From NCBI GenBank assembly GCA_031259325.1, contig JAIRLM010000025.1, forward strand, positions 612 to 64,611: a stretch of DNA of 64,000 bases, in the 5' to 3' direction. The position numbers and the translations under genes were made by a program. Origin of the DNA: Puniceicoccales bacterium. Lineage in GTDB: Bacteria; Verrucomicrobiota; Verrucomicrobiia; Opitutales; JAIRLM01. Every line of letters starts with the position of its first letter. Position 1 is the first letter of the stretch. A model generated the notes under the pieces. It saw nothing but the letters and a program-made list of their open reading frames with translations, was not told the origin of the DNA and ran no database searches. Of the stretch, positions 1 through 7,866 are shown piece after piece.

Positions 1-1
1 A

Positions 2-391
2 TTAGTATCGATTATGAACAAAAAGATAGTACGTGCGGCGCCGCAGAGTGGTGATGCCTCGGCGAATTTTAATGCGTCTTTGTTGCCTGGCGATGAAAGC
101 AGTTGGCTTGGTGTCCCGACGCCGCCTGGCAAGCTGGGTGTCGCCCGGACGCTCCGTTGTAACAGTGGCTGGATACGATTGTGGAATGCACCTTATGCGT
201 TTCGCCCAATGGTGTTGATGGTATTGTCAGCTATCTTCAAGCGGAAGGCGGAAATTGAGGAAGAAAATGACAAAAACCGTTGGCCCGTTGACGAATTGCG
301 GCGTGAAGAAATTCCCGTTCAGGTACAGGACAGCGGTGGTTTGAATTTCATTTCGGTCAACATCGCGCTAAATATGCTGCGCAGGAAGTAA
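2..391 (+). CDS. hypothetical protein, possibly the 3' end of a gene starting left of the window (first ATG at 14)
   Basis: Track ORF 14..391 (125 aa). Codons 2..13 upstream are stop-free, so the frame is open to the window edge. No motif recognised; weak call. Confidence 0.25.
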   Translation, partial: LVSIMNKKIVRAAPQSGDASANFNASLLPGDESSWLGVPTPPGKLGVARTLRCNSGWIRLWNAPYAFRPMVLMVLSAIFKRKAEIEEENDKNRWPVDELRREEIPVQVQDSGGLNFISVNIALNMLRRK

Positions 392-449
392 GCGCTTCTG
401 AAAAGAACTTGCGGTATTTGCCGAGATTGTTTTCCACTGGGGTCTAGGT

Positions 450-524
450 GGCGCGATAGCCAAGTGGTAAGGCAGGAGTCTGCAAAACTTCTATTCGTCG
501 GTCCGATTCCGACTCGCGCCTCCA
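450..524 (+). tRNA. tRNA-Cys (anticodon GCA), CCA encoded
   Basis: Cloverleaf read by eye. Acceptor GGCGCGA/TCGCGCC; anticodon stem GGAGT/ACTTC with loop CTGCAAA; T-arm GTCGG-TCCGATT-CCGAC; discriminator T then CCA. Confidence 0.9.
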
Positions 525-569
525 TTTGATATTTGTTGATTTTGGCGTGTCTCGTGGTTAAATGAACAG

Positions 570-1442
570 ATGAAACGCTGGTTGGTGGTGGGTTTGGCGT
601 GGTTTGCTCCGTTCTACGTTTCTGCGGCGGTCATGAATGTGTCGCAGATGGCGGAGGTGAATAAGAAAGTGGTCGAAATTGCCCAAGCCGTTTCCCCGCA
701 GGACATTTGGGTTGTTTACGACATAGACATGACCCTGACGAAACCGGAACATCCAGCGGTTGAATTGGTCAATTTGCAACGCTATCATCAGGTATTGGGG
801 GAAGTTTTCGCGGATGCAACCCGTGATCAGAAGGAATTGGCCAAATATCTCGCGGTTGGGTTATATCCATGCAAAACGGCGGAGAAGAAAACGGCGAAAT
901 GCATCAAAAAACTGCAAAAACTTGGCGTGGTAACATTTGCTTTGACGTCGGCAAAGAGTGGAAACATTACGCTTCGGGATGTGCCGAAGCCCATCTATGA
1001 AATTCGCCCGCAGGAACTAAATACAGTGGGCATTCACTTTGAAAAGGCATTTCCATTTGAAACGCTATTTTTGAAGAAATTTTCCGCCGACGGCGGTAAT
1101 TTTCCAACCTATCATAGAGGTGTCATTTGCGCCAATGACAAACCCAAGGGGGCGGTACTTTGCGCATTCATGGACGAAATCAAAACCTCCCCCAAGGTAA
1201 TCGTCATGGTAGATGACCGGCGGCATAATTTGCAAGAAATGCGAAAAGCCCTCCGTGTTAGCTATCCGAAGGTCCGCTTCGTTGCCTTTGAATACACCGG
1301 GGCCATAACTTCGCCGGAAACGGTGAAAGAAATTTCCGCTGAAGAATTTCGCGCTTTCTGGGAACCAATCGCCGCCCAGGCTAAAAAAAATTGCCCGGCA
1401 CCGCAACCCCAGCGCCGCACGGGAAGAAACTTCGCCCATTAG
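570..1442 (+). CDS. secreted HAD-superfamily phosphatase-like protein
   Basis: ATG at 570. Signal-like N-terminus MKRWLVVGLAWFAPFYVSAAV. HAD motif I VVYDIDMTLT (DxDxT), motif II FALTSA, motif IV MVDDRRHN. Stop overlaps the convergent rluA-family stop by 4 nt. Confidence 0.6.
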   Translation: MKRWLVVGLAWFAPFYVSAAVMNVSQMAEVNKKVVEIAQAVSPQDIWVVYDIDMTLTKPEHPAVELVNLQRYHQVLGEVFADATRDQKELAKYLAVGLYPCKTAEKKTAKCIKKLQKLGVVTFALTSAKSGNITLRDVPKPIYEIRPQELNTVGIHFEKAFPFETLFLKKFSADGGNFPTYHRGVICANDKPKGAVLCAFMDEIKTSPKVIVMVDDRRHNLQEMRKALRVSYPKVRFVAFEYTGAITSPETVKEISAEEFRAFWEPIAAQAKKNCPAPQPQRRTGRNFAH

Positions 1443-2221
1443 GTAAGATTGTCGGCTCGTTTTTCGCGGCCGGATGGCGATAGAAATGCATCCGTTGATG
1501 GCGAGCGCGCGAAAAAATGGAAAACTTTCCCGGCCAACGTGTAATCAAATTCAATTTCCGCGGCGAGCAGCTGCAACCTATGACTTCCCGTGGCTCCGTG
1601 GAATGCCTTATTATACTTAAAATCTCCGTAAATTCGATCGCCGGCGATGGGGACGCCGTGCTTGGCACATTGAAAGCGCAACTGATGGGTGCGGCCCGTC
1701 AGCGGATGTAATTCGAGCAAAAAGCAGGACAAATCCCCAAACTGAATTTTTTCGACAACTTTCACATTAGTGCGCATTTCCATTTCTTTTCCGGGGGATA
1801 GGCGAACCGATTTCCCATCATTGCGTTCGACGGCAAAATCGTGCCATGACTTCGCAGGCACTGGACCAGCTTTTACAAAAGCATAGTATGTTTTTTGAAC
1901 GGCATGTTTACGAAAAGATTCGCGCACGGACTTTGCCACGCGTTCCGATTGCGCCAACAACACCAACCCTTCCGTTGGTTCATCCAGGCGATTGAGTAAA
2001 AAAACTTCTCCGCCAATTACCGCATAGGCACGCCGGCGTAGATTATATGGCGCCAGAAGCAAAGCACTTCGACTGGCAACACCAGTATTGGGATGGGAAA
2101 TCACCCCAACCGGCTTATTAACGGCTACGAGACCATTTTCACCTCGTGCGACAACTACAACCTTTTTGTGCAAAAACGCACCCAAGGCATCCGGAAAAAT
2201 GAACGCGCCATTTGCGGGCAT
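1439..2221 (-). CDS. RluA-family 23S/tRNA pseudouridine synthase
   Basis: Motifs VAVNKPVGVISHP, NRLDEPTEGLVLLA (catalytic Asp loop) and HQLRFQCAKHGVPIAGDRIYG. ATG at 2221 overlaps the TAA of the upstream small gene (TAATG). The track ORF is open to 2275. Confidence 0.85.
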   Translation of the reverse strand: MPANGAFIFPDALGAFLHKKVVVVARGENGLVAVNKPVGVISHPNTGVASRSALLLAPYNLRRRAYAVIGGEVFLLNRLDEPTEGLVLLAQSERVAKSVRESFRKHAVQKTYYAFVKAGPVPAKSWHDFAVERNDGKSVRLSPGKEMEMRTNVKVVEKIQFGDLSCFLLELHPLTGRTHQLRFQCAKHGVPIAGDRIYGDFKYNKAFHGATGSHRLQLLAAEIEFDYTLAGKVFHFFARSPSTDAFLSPSGREKRADNLT

Positions 2222-2379
2222 TACTCTTCTGGTTTCGTTTTGGGCAGTGCCGTAATGCGCCGGCCATCGCTCCATTGGCCCCGCTTCCTGAGAAGCTCAA
2301 TGCGCTCATAGCGTGTTAGAACCGTGCGTTTTTCCGTGGACCCGCCACCGATTTTTTTCAAACTGGAATGTCTCGTCAT
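2221..2379 (-). CDS. small basic protein (52 aa), PVC-type family
   Basis: Internal ATG of track ORF 2221..2571 gives MTRHSSLKKIGGGSTEKRTVLTRYERIELLRKRGQWSDGRRITALPKTKPEE. This matches my recollection of the 'small basic protein' family (MxxHxSLK...R.VL.R.ER...L.KRG...LPKTKP). The upstream 64 codons of the ORF look non-protein-like. Confidence 0.6.
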   Translation of the reverse strand: MTRHSSLKKIGGGSTEKRTVLTRYERIELLRKRGQWSDGRRITALPKTKPEE

Positions 2380-2527
2380 AAATCCCCCGGCCATGAAGGC
2401 TAATATGGATATCAAGTGTGAACGAGTCCCAGAAATTTTAGAAAAAATGCAACCCTTTTTTGCGCTGGCAAAAGTAGAATGCCTCATCTTTCTGTACATG
2501 ACGGCGGGGAAAACGGCTGCGTCATGG

Positions 2528-3682
2528 TCAGGACGATAAATGCAGCGATCCCAGGAAGCAGAGGGCATCATCCATTGAAATTCGGCCGTCTAAAAGCAAC
2601 CGGCGAGTGGAGTCGGCAAAGGTTATCAGCCGGAGGTTATTTATATGGTCTTGTAGCCGTTCCAGTTGGGTAGTGCCGTGAGTCACTGGCGCCCATTCGA
2701 AGTGTATCGTCCGGCCGTCATAGCCCGACTGGTGGCATTTTTCGCATCCGCTGGGTTGAAAAATTTGGACCGTTTCATCCAGTGCAAACCGTTTGGCCAT
2801 CGCCGGTGGTAGTCCACATCCGCGCCGGCAATGGGGGCATAGGCACCGGACGAGCCGTTGGGCCAAAATTCCGCGCAGGGTGGTACGGATGAGATGTTTC
2901 GAGATTTGTAAATTTTCCAAACGTCCAACGGCGCCGGCTACACCATCGGCGTGGAGCGTGCTAAAAACAAAATGTCCCGTCAGTGCCGCTTGAATGGCGA
3001 TTGCCGCCGTTTCCGGATCTCGAATTTCGCCAACGAACAACACATTGGGCGCCTGACGGAGGATGGCTCGTAGTGCACTGGCAAAGGAAAGCCCCTGACT
3101 GGCGACAACGTTGACCTGGCTGATCCCCCTGGCTGCGTATTCGACCGGATCCTCCACGGTGATTATTTTTCGGGAGCCATCATTCAACATTTGCAATAGA
3201 GTGTAGATGGTGGTCGATTTGCCGCAACCGGTCGGACCAACCACTAAAAACAGCCCGCTGCGCTCGGCAATGGTGCGGTGAATGGACTGGCAAATGGCAT
3301 CATCGCGGAATCCCAAGCTGTGCAAATCCGGTTGCGTTCCGAGTAGTTTCAAAATGCGCAACACCGCCCCTTCGCCGTATAAAAACGGGATGATCGAAAT
3401 GCGGATGTCGTAGGTTATTTGGTCGTCCGCTTGGAATAGCCATTTGCCCTCCACGGGCCGGCGGTGTTCATCTAGCGGAATTTGAGAAACGATTTTCAGC
3501 CGTGAAATTAACGGCGAAAGCAATTCTTTGGCAAACTCTTGCACAACGACCAATTTCCCGTCGATGCGAAAACGCACGCGCCAAATTTTTTCCTGGGGTT
3601 CCAAATGCACGTCCGACGCGCCACGTCCGATCGCAGCCCGCACTAGGTCATTGAGCAATTGGACAATGGGAGAGTCATCCAC
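2528..3682 (-). CDS. GspE/PilB-family secretion ATPase, short form without N-terminal domains (orphan)
   Basis: Walker A GPTGCGKSTT; Asp/Walker B VLFVGEIRD; His box TGHFVFSTLHA; tetracysteine CPHC...CEKC. GTG start at 3682, 17 nt after the plsY stop. Confidence 0.85.
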   Translation of the reverse strand: MDDSPIVQLLNDLVRAAIGRGASDVHLEPQEKIWRVRFRIDGKLVVVQEFAKELLSPLISRLKIVSQIPLDEHRRPVEGKWLFQADDQITYDIRISIIPFLYGEGAVLRILKLLGTQPDLHSLGFRDDAICQSIHRTIAERSGLFLVVGPTGCGKSTTIYTLLQMLNDGSRKIITVEDPVEYAARGISQVNVVASQGLSFASALRAILRQAPNVLFVGEIRDPETAAIAIQAALTGHFVFSTLHADGVAGAVGRLENLQISKHLIRTTLRGILAQRLVRCLCPHCRRGCGLPPAMAKRFALDETVQIFQPSGCEKCHQSGYDGRTIHFEWAPVTHGTTQLERLQDHINNLRLITFADSTRRLLLDGRISMDDALCFLGSLHLSS

Positions 3683-3698
3683 GGATTAGTGTTAATTA

Positions 3699-4304
3699 TT
3701 AGCGAATTTCCGGACGAGTAAAGCGGTATTCGGTTCCCGTGAGCAGACGGCGGATGTTTGGAACGTGCCGCGCGATAGCAAAGGTGCTCAAAAAAAGGAC
3801 GGTTGCGTTCGTGTGATTGTCGTAGCCGAAAACGTAGGAGCAGAGTGGGAGTATGGCGCAAAAGCAGATGGAGGCCAGGGAGACGTATCGGGTGAGGAAG
3901 AACACGATAATCCAAGTCAGCAGTCCGATAAGCAAAACATTGGCCATGGCCGCCGCCATTCCACCCACGAGCACGGCGATTCCCTTGCCGCCGCGGAATT
4001 TGATAAAAACGGAAAAGTTGTGTCCAAAAAATGCGCCCGTGAGTCCGGCCATCATGGCCAATTGCGGATTTTCACGGGCTAAGTAACTTGCTCCGTAAGT
4101 CGCCAGGAAGCCCTTCAGCGTATCGCAGAAGAAGACGATCCTTCCAGCCCGTTTTCCCGCTGTACGTCGCACATTTGTCGCACCCGGATTACAACTTCCG
4201 TGGGTTAAGACATTTACACCATAATGCCTGGCAACTATGACGGCAAATGGTATGGCGCCCAGGAGATAGCCCAGCAAAGCGATTGATACAGCGTTCCAGC
4301 TCAT
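3699..4304 (-). CDS. plsY: glycerol-3-phosphate acyltransferase PlsY
   Basis: LLGYLLGAIPFAVIVA and GSCNPGATNVRRTAGKRAG motifs with multiple TM segments. ATG at 4304; the track ORF opens at TTG 4334. Confidence 0.9.
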   Translation of the reverse strand: MSWNAVSIALLGYLLGAIPFAVIVARHYGVNVLTHGSCNPGATNVRRTAGKRAGRIVFFCDTLKGFLATYGASYLARENPQLAMMAGLTGAFFGHNFSVFIKFRGGKGIAVLVGGMAAAMANVLLIGLLTWIIVFFLTRYVSLASICFCAILPLCSYVFGYDNHTNATVLFLSTFAIARHVPNIRRLLTGTEYRFTRPEIR

Positions 4305-4355
4305 GGCGGCAATTTGACACAAATTTCGCACCAATCAAGCGCAAGCGGCGGAGTT

Positions 4356-5276
4356 TTAGGCCTGTTGTGGTTGGTTTGTCGGTGGAGAAAGCGGCACGGT
4401 GTGCTCGATCCGGGATGCGATGAAGAGAAGTATCGCTCCGACGGCGGTTAATCCAATGGCAATGGCGAGAAGTATTAGAAGAATCGGAGGGCATGCAAGG
4501 GTAAGAACGCCGGCGGCCATCGATGCCGCAATAATTTCTGTAATCAACGCCGCACCAATGGCACCGGAAGCGGCGAAAAGAATGGTGGAAAATTTTTCTA
4601 AAAATTTTCGAACAACAGGTTTGAATGTCTCATTACCGGGCGCGATTTTTCCCCTCGCCGTATAGATTTCAAACTCGCTCCCCGTATAATTTTCCCCGCG
4701 CATAAATTTTAAAAGTTTTCTGACGTCGCCCCCGTCACTCACCGCGCCACAATAGACCCCATTAGCAGGAAATACTATGGCGTCGATCTGGACGGAATTT
4801 TCATCGCTTTTCAATGCCGCTTCTAATTCCATCATGGTGAGATCTCGCAAGGATCCACTGCTATCGGAGACGAGAAAGCGTGTTTTTGCAAAATCCGAGG
4901 TGGACATTTTATCAGCGATATTTTGCGGAACACCAAAAATATCGGCGAACAAGTCTCTCAAATCGCGCCCCACGGGGGTGAAATTATTTGACTCATTTTC
5001 TGCGCTGGATCCTGCTGTTGTACTGGACTTTTTCCTTGTGATGCTGGCGGGATCGATTTCGAGCATCCGTATATCTTTTTCCTTGAAGTTCTCCGCCGCA
5101 GTGACTTTCCCCTTGTAGATCCTAAGCCCGGAGTCACTTCTCACAACATAAAGAAGATTCGTTCCACTTACGTATGTTCCTATGGATTTTTCTGCGCCGC
5201 GCCTATTAATCTCCGCCAGCGTAGCCGATGGAATTATGACCTGTGGGCGCGGCGGTGGTACCTGGAAAACACTCAT
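4356..5276 (-). CDS. hypothetical membrane-anchored protein with C-terminal bilobed hydrophobic domain
   Basis: 306-aa ORF. The soluble N-terminal part has no recognised motif. The C-terminus reads ILFAASGAIGAALITEIIAASMAAGVLTLA-CPP-ILLILLAIAIGLTAVGAILLFIA, then a Pro/Gln tail. An AT-rich 132-bp gap lies upstream and contains TTGCAA-17 nt-TAAACT (5309..5314 and 5286..5291 on the minus strand). Confidence 0.6.
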   Translation of the reverse strand: MSVFQVPPPRPQVIIPSATLAEINRRGAEKSIGTYVSGTNLLYVVRSDSGLRIYKGKVTAAENFKEKDIRMLEIDPASITRKKSSTTAGSSAENESNNFTPVGRDLRDLFADIFGVPQNIADKMSTSDFAKTRFLVSDSSGSLRDLTMMELEAALKSDENSVQIDAIVFPANGVYCGAVSDGGDVRKLLKFMRGENYTGSEFEIYTARGKIAPGNETFKPVVRKFLEKFSTILFAASGAIGAALITEIIAASMAAGVLTLACPPILLILLAIAIGLTAVGAILLFIASRIEHTVPLSPPTNQPQQA

Positions 5277-5408
5277 GGTGACATAAGTTTACAATTCGGC
5301 AACACGTATTGCAAGATTTTTAAGAAGATGTTTCACATTGTTAATCATTATTTATCGGATTCGGCATCCGCGTGGGCACTTGCGTATGTCCCATTGGCGC
5401 AGATTTTT

Positions 5409-5963
5409 TTACATTTTAGCTATTTGCCAGCACACGGCATCGATTTCAAAGGAATCAATGGCTCCGCTTAGGCCGGTGTAGGAGGTCGACAAATAGAGGG
5501 GAATAGTCCGCGAAAAGAGGTCGAAGGAGGACGTGGCAAGGATGGTGTGGCCGGAGGGGAGGCTGACGGAGAGAAGGATTTCGCCGTTGGGATAGGTGCC
5601 TTCTTGGAAGGCGAGATCGAGGGCATAGGCGTTCGTGCCCTGGTAGACCTGCGCCGGATTGAGTTGAAAAAAAGTGCCCATGGAGGTGGTTTCGTCGAAG
5701 GATTCATGGGTGAATTCCGGGTAATTGGCGAGGCGGCCCACCGGTTGGGTCTCGCAGGTGATGGTGTAGGCATTGGCGTAGGTGCCGAGTCCGTCGATGG
5801 TGTACGAATAGCTCACCGACAGGGACCGCAGCATCCAAAAGATGGTGGCGATTTCCTGGGGACTCATGCCCGCGAGGAGTTCATCGCCCGTGGCCGGTTG
5901 CGTGAGAATGGGGTGCGGCAACCCGGATGGATTGACGGCGACGAGGAAGGGATTGGCACTCAT
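5409..5963 (-). CDS. phage-like cluster protein, last gene (function unknown)
   Basis: 184-aa ORF. ATG at 5963 overlaps the upstream stop (ATGA). Beta-rich sequence with no recognised motif. Confidence 0.55.
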   Translation of the reverse strand: MSANPFLVAVNPSGLPHPILTQPATGDELLAGMSPQEIATIFWMLRSLSVSYSYTIDGLGTYANAYTITCETQPVGRLANYPEFTHESFDETTSMGTFFQLNPAQVYQGTNAYALDLAFQEGTYPNGEILLSVSLPSGHTILATSSFDLFSRTIPLYLSTSYTGLSGAIDSFEIDAVCWQIAKM

Positions 5964-7729
5964 GGCGTTGAAAGTTTGTTTTCATCGGGTGTGTAGGGTT
6001 GGGAAGCTAGGGTGAGGCGCTTTTTTAGGATTCCATTTTCGCAAACGTCCTCCTCCCGCGGCTGGAGAACCAGGCCGGTGAGACCGATTTGCCGCGTGTC
6101 CAAGGCAATCCGCCGTGTGTCGTCCGTCCCGTCGGCGAGGAGCAGGTGGCTGTAAGTTGTTGTCCCCGTGTGCGTATTTTCCTGGGGCATCTCCCGTGCT
6201 TGCTCGATATGGTCATCGGAACCCTCCCCATTGGTGCGGATGTACACGGATCGGGGTGCCTCCCGCCGCCGATTAACGCGACTGAGTTGGATTAAATCTT
6301 TCAAGCCCAGATGTTTTGGCGGACCAAAGCGCATGCGCACGGTGCCGGTGTCCAAATGTTCGGCGCATTCCTGAATTTGCGCGTCCATGGTTTCCCACAA
6401 AACATTTCCGCCGGTGAGATTTAGCCGCGCGCCCATGGGGATGGGGGAAATTTCCTCGCCCGAAATTTGCAGTGTTCCCTCGAAGGTCAAATCGCCGAAG
6501 CTCTCATAAATCGCTCGGGACAAACCGGTTGGGGTCGCTTCCGCATCGGCAAAGCTGGAAAGCCGCGCGTAGGTCTGGCTGACGGCATCGGTGGCTTTGA
6601 TTTTCACCGCCACTTCCTGCTGGGCCACACCCGTTGCGCCGTCATCATAGGCCAAAGTGGCGCGGACAATATCCGTTTCCGCGGAGACATCCATCCAGTC
6701 GGCAATGCCGCCATCGCGCAATTCCCGGGGCAGCGTGGAATCCCGGCCATAGGAAAGAATGGTTATGTCGTCGGGATCCAGCGAAGCCAGGGCGGGCAGA
6801 TGGTCCTGCCACCAAATGACGCTCGCGGGGTCAACTTCCTCGGTCGCAATGGATTGGGAGATATACTGGCTCTGAGTGCCGGCGAGTTCCACGGTAAGAA
6901 TGAGAATCCGCGGCTGCTGTTCGGAAATTTCCACCGGGTAACGGTCGGTTTCGAGGGTCCTCCAGGTGCGGCCGCCGGCGGAATGCACGCGCTCGTATTT
7001 TATGGCAACTCCCCGCAATAGAAGATCATAGCGTGGAGAAATGGAAAGGGAACTGAGCGAGGAACCCATCGCACGGGTAAGCGGCGGTAGTTCCATGCGG
7101 CGCGCTATGTGCAAAGTTGGTAAGGCGGTGCCGTAGTCGAACCACGTCATTGCATCGGGAACCCATCGTAAAACGCGCTGAATGGCCTCGGCGCAGCTCA
7201 AATCCTTGCATTCGTCAAAGGGCATGGTTTGGGATAAATTGATGCTTCCCAAGGAAATGGGAATGCCGCAGCTCAAGGCATAGTCTAAAATGTCCGCCAA
7301 CTGGGCGCCGATGGAAAGCACCTCGCCCTCCTCCGATTGGCCCAGGATGATATGGCTCTTGTGGGCGGTTGTAAGGGGCGAATCGGGGTCGTCGGGATCG
7401 GCGGCGATGGCCCAGGGCTGCTGGTAAATGGTCGTCTCCAGGTACCACCAGGGTCCGCTCACCTTGTAATATTTGGATTCATCGGAACCGTCGCCGTAGG
7501 ATGGAATTTCCGTCACCACGCCCAAGAACCATTGCGTTTCGTCGCAATTCACCCGGATCGGCGCGAGTGGGGCGAAAATGGGTCCATCGGTAAGCGCTTG
7601 GGCGGCAACGTGTCGGAAGGTTAGCACGTCCCGGCCCTGGTTGATTCGCTGGCGGCGGATGTCTCCGATTCCCCACTGTCCGAACGTTTGGGTCACACCG
7701 TCATAGGTCAGGGTCCAGTCCATGGTCAT
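5960..7729 (-). CDS. phage-like tail-end structural protein (hub/host-recognition module by position; function unassigned)
   Basis: Probable start MTMDWTLTYDGVTQTFGQWGIGD at ATG 7729 (or 7723), overlapping the stop of the small ORF 7726..7857. The 103 upstream codons of track ORF 5960..8038 overlap the fibre gene and look spurious. Confidence 0.6.
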   Translation of the reverse strand: MTMDWTLTYDGVTQTFGQWGIGDIRRQRINQGRDVLTFRHVAAQALTDGPIFAPLAPIRVNCDETQWFLGVVTEIPSYGDGSDESKYYKVSGPWWYLETTIYQQPWAIAADPDDPDSPLTTAHKSHIILGQSEEGEVLSIGAQLADILDYALSCGIPISLGSINLSQTMPFDECKDLSCAEAIQRVLRWVPDAMTWFDYGTALPTLHIARRMELPPLTRAMGSSLSSLSISPRYDLLLRGVAIKYERVHSAGGRTWRTLETDRYPVEISEQQPRILILTVELAGTQSQYISQSIATEEVDPASVIWWQDHLPALASLDPDDITILSYGRDSTLPRELRDGGIADWMDVSAETDIVRATLAYDDGATGVAQQEVAVKIKATDAVSQTYARLSSFADAEATPTGLSRAIYESFGDLTFEGTLQISGEEISPIPMGARLNLTGGNVLWETMDAQIQECAEHLDTGTVRMRFGPPKHLGLKDLIQLSRVNRRREAPRSVYIRTNGEGSDDHIEQAREMPQENTHTGTTTYSHLLLADGTDDTRRIALDTRQIGLTGLVLQPREEDVCENGILKKRLTLASQPYTPDENKLSTP

Positions 7730-7857
7730 GCCTCGCTGCGCAGGGATTGAATTTGTAGTTCCAACTCGACAACCTTCGCTTCTAATTCTTCCAGGCGTCG
7801 CAGGAGTTCCGCCGATAATTCCGGCTGTGACGCTGAAGGGGAAACGGTTGCATCCAT
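7726..7857 (-). CDS. small coiled-coil protein (43 aa), not in the ORF track
   Basis: Translated by hand: MDATVSPSASQPELSAELLRRLEELEAKVVELELQIQSLRSEA. AAGGAG lies 6 nt upstream of the ATG. The TGA overlaps the ATG of the next gene (ATGA). Confidence 0.45.
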   Translation of the reverse strand: MDATVSPSASQPELSAELLRRLEELEAKVVELELQIQSLRSEA

Positions 7858-7866
7858 AAAAACTCC

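Noticed and set aside
450-524. tRNA-Cys as the integration site (attB) of the phage-like cluster.
   Set aside because: About 4.9 kb of housekeeping genes (rluA family, small basic protein, ATPase, plsY) separate the tRNA from the cluster. I found no copy of the tRNA 3' end near 5.3 kb or 17.0-17.2 kb by eye.
5286-5314. A sigma70-like promoter TTGCAA-17 nt-TAAACT (minus strand) in front of ORF 4356..5276.
   Set aside because: It is plausible, but hexamer matches of this quality occur by chance in AT-rich spacers and promoter consensus for this lineage is unknown. It is mentioned in a finding but not listed as a feature.
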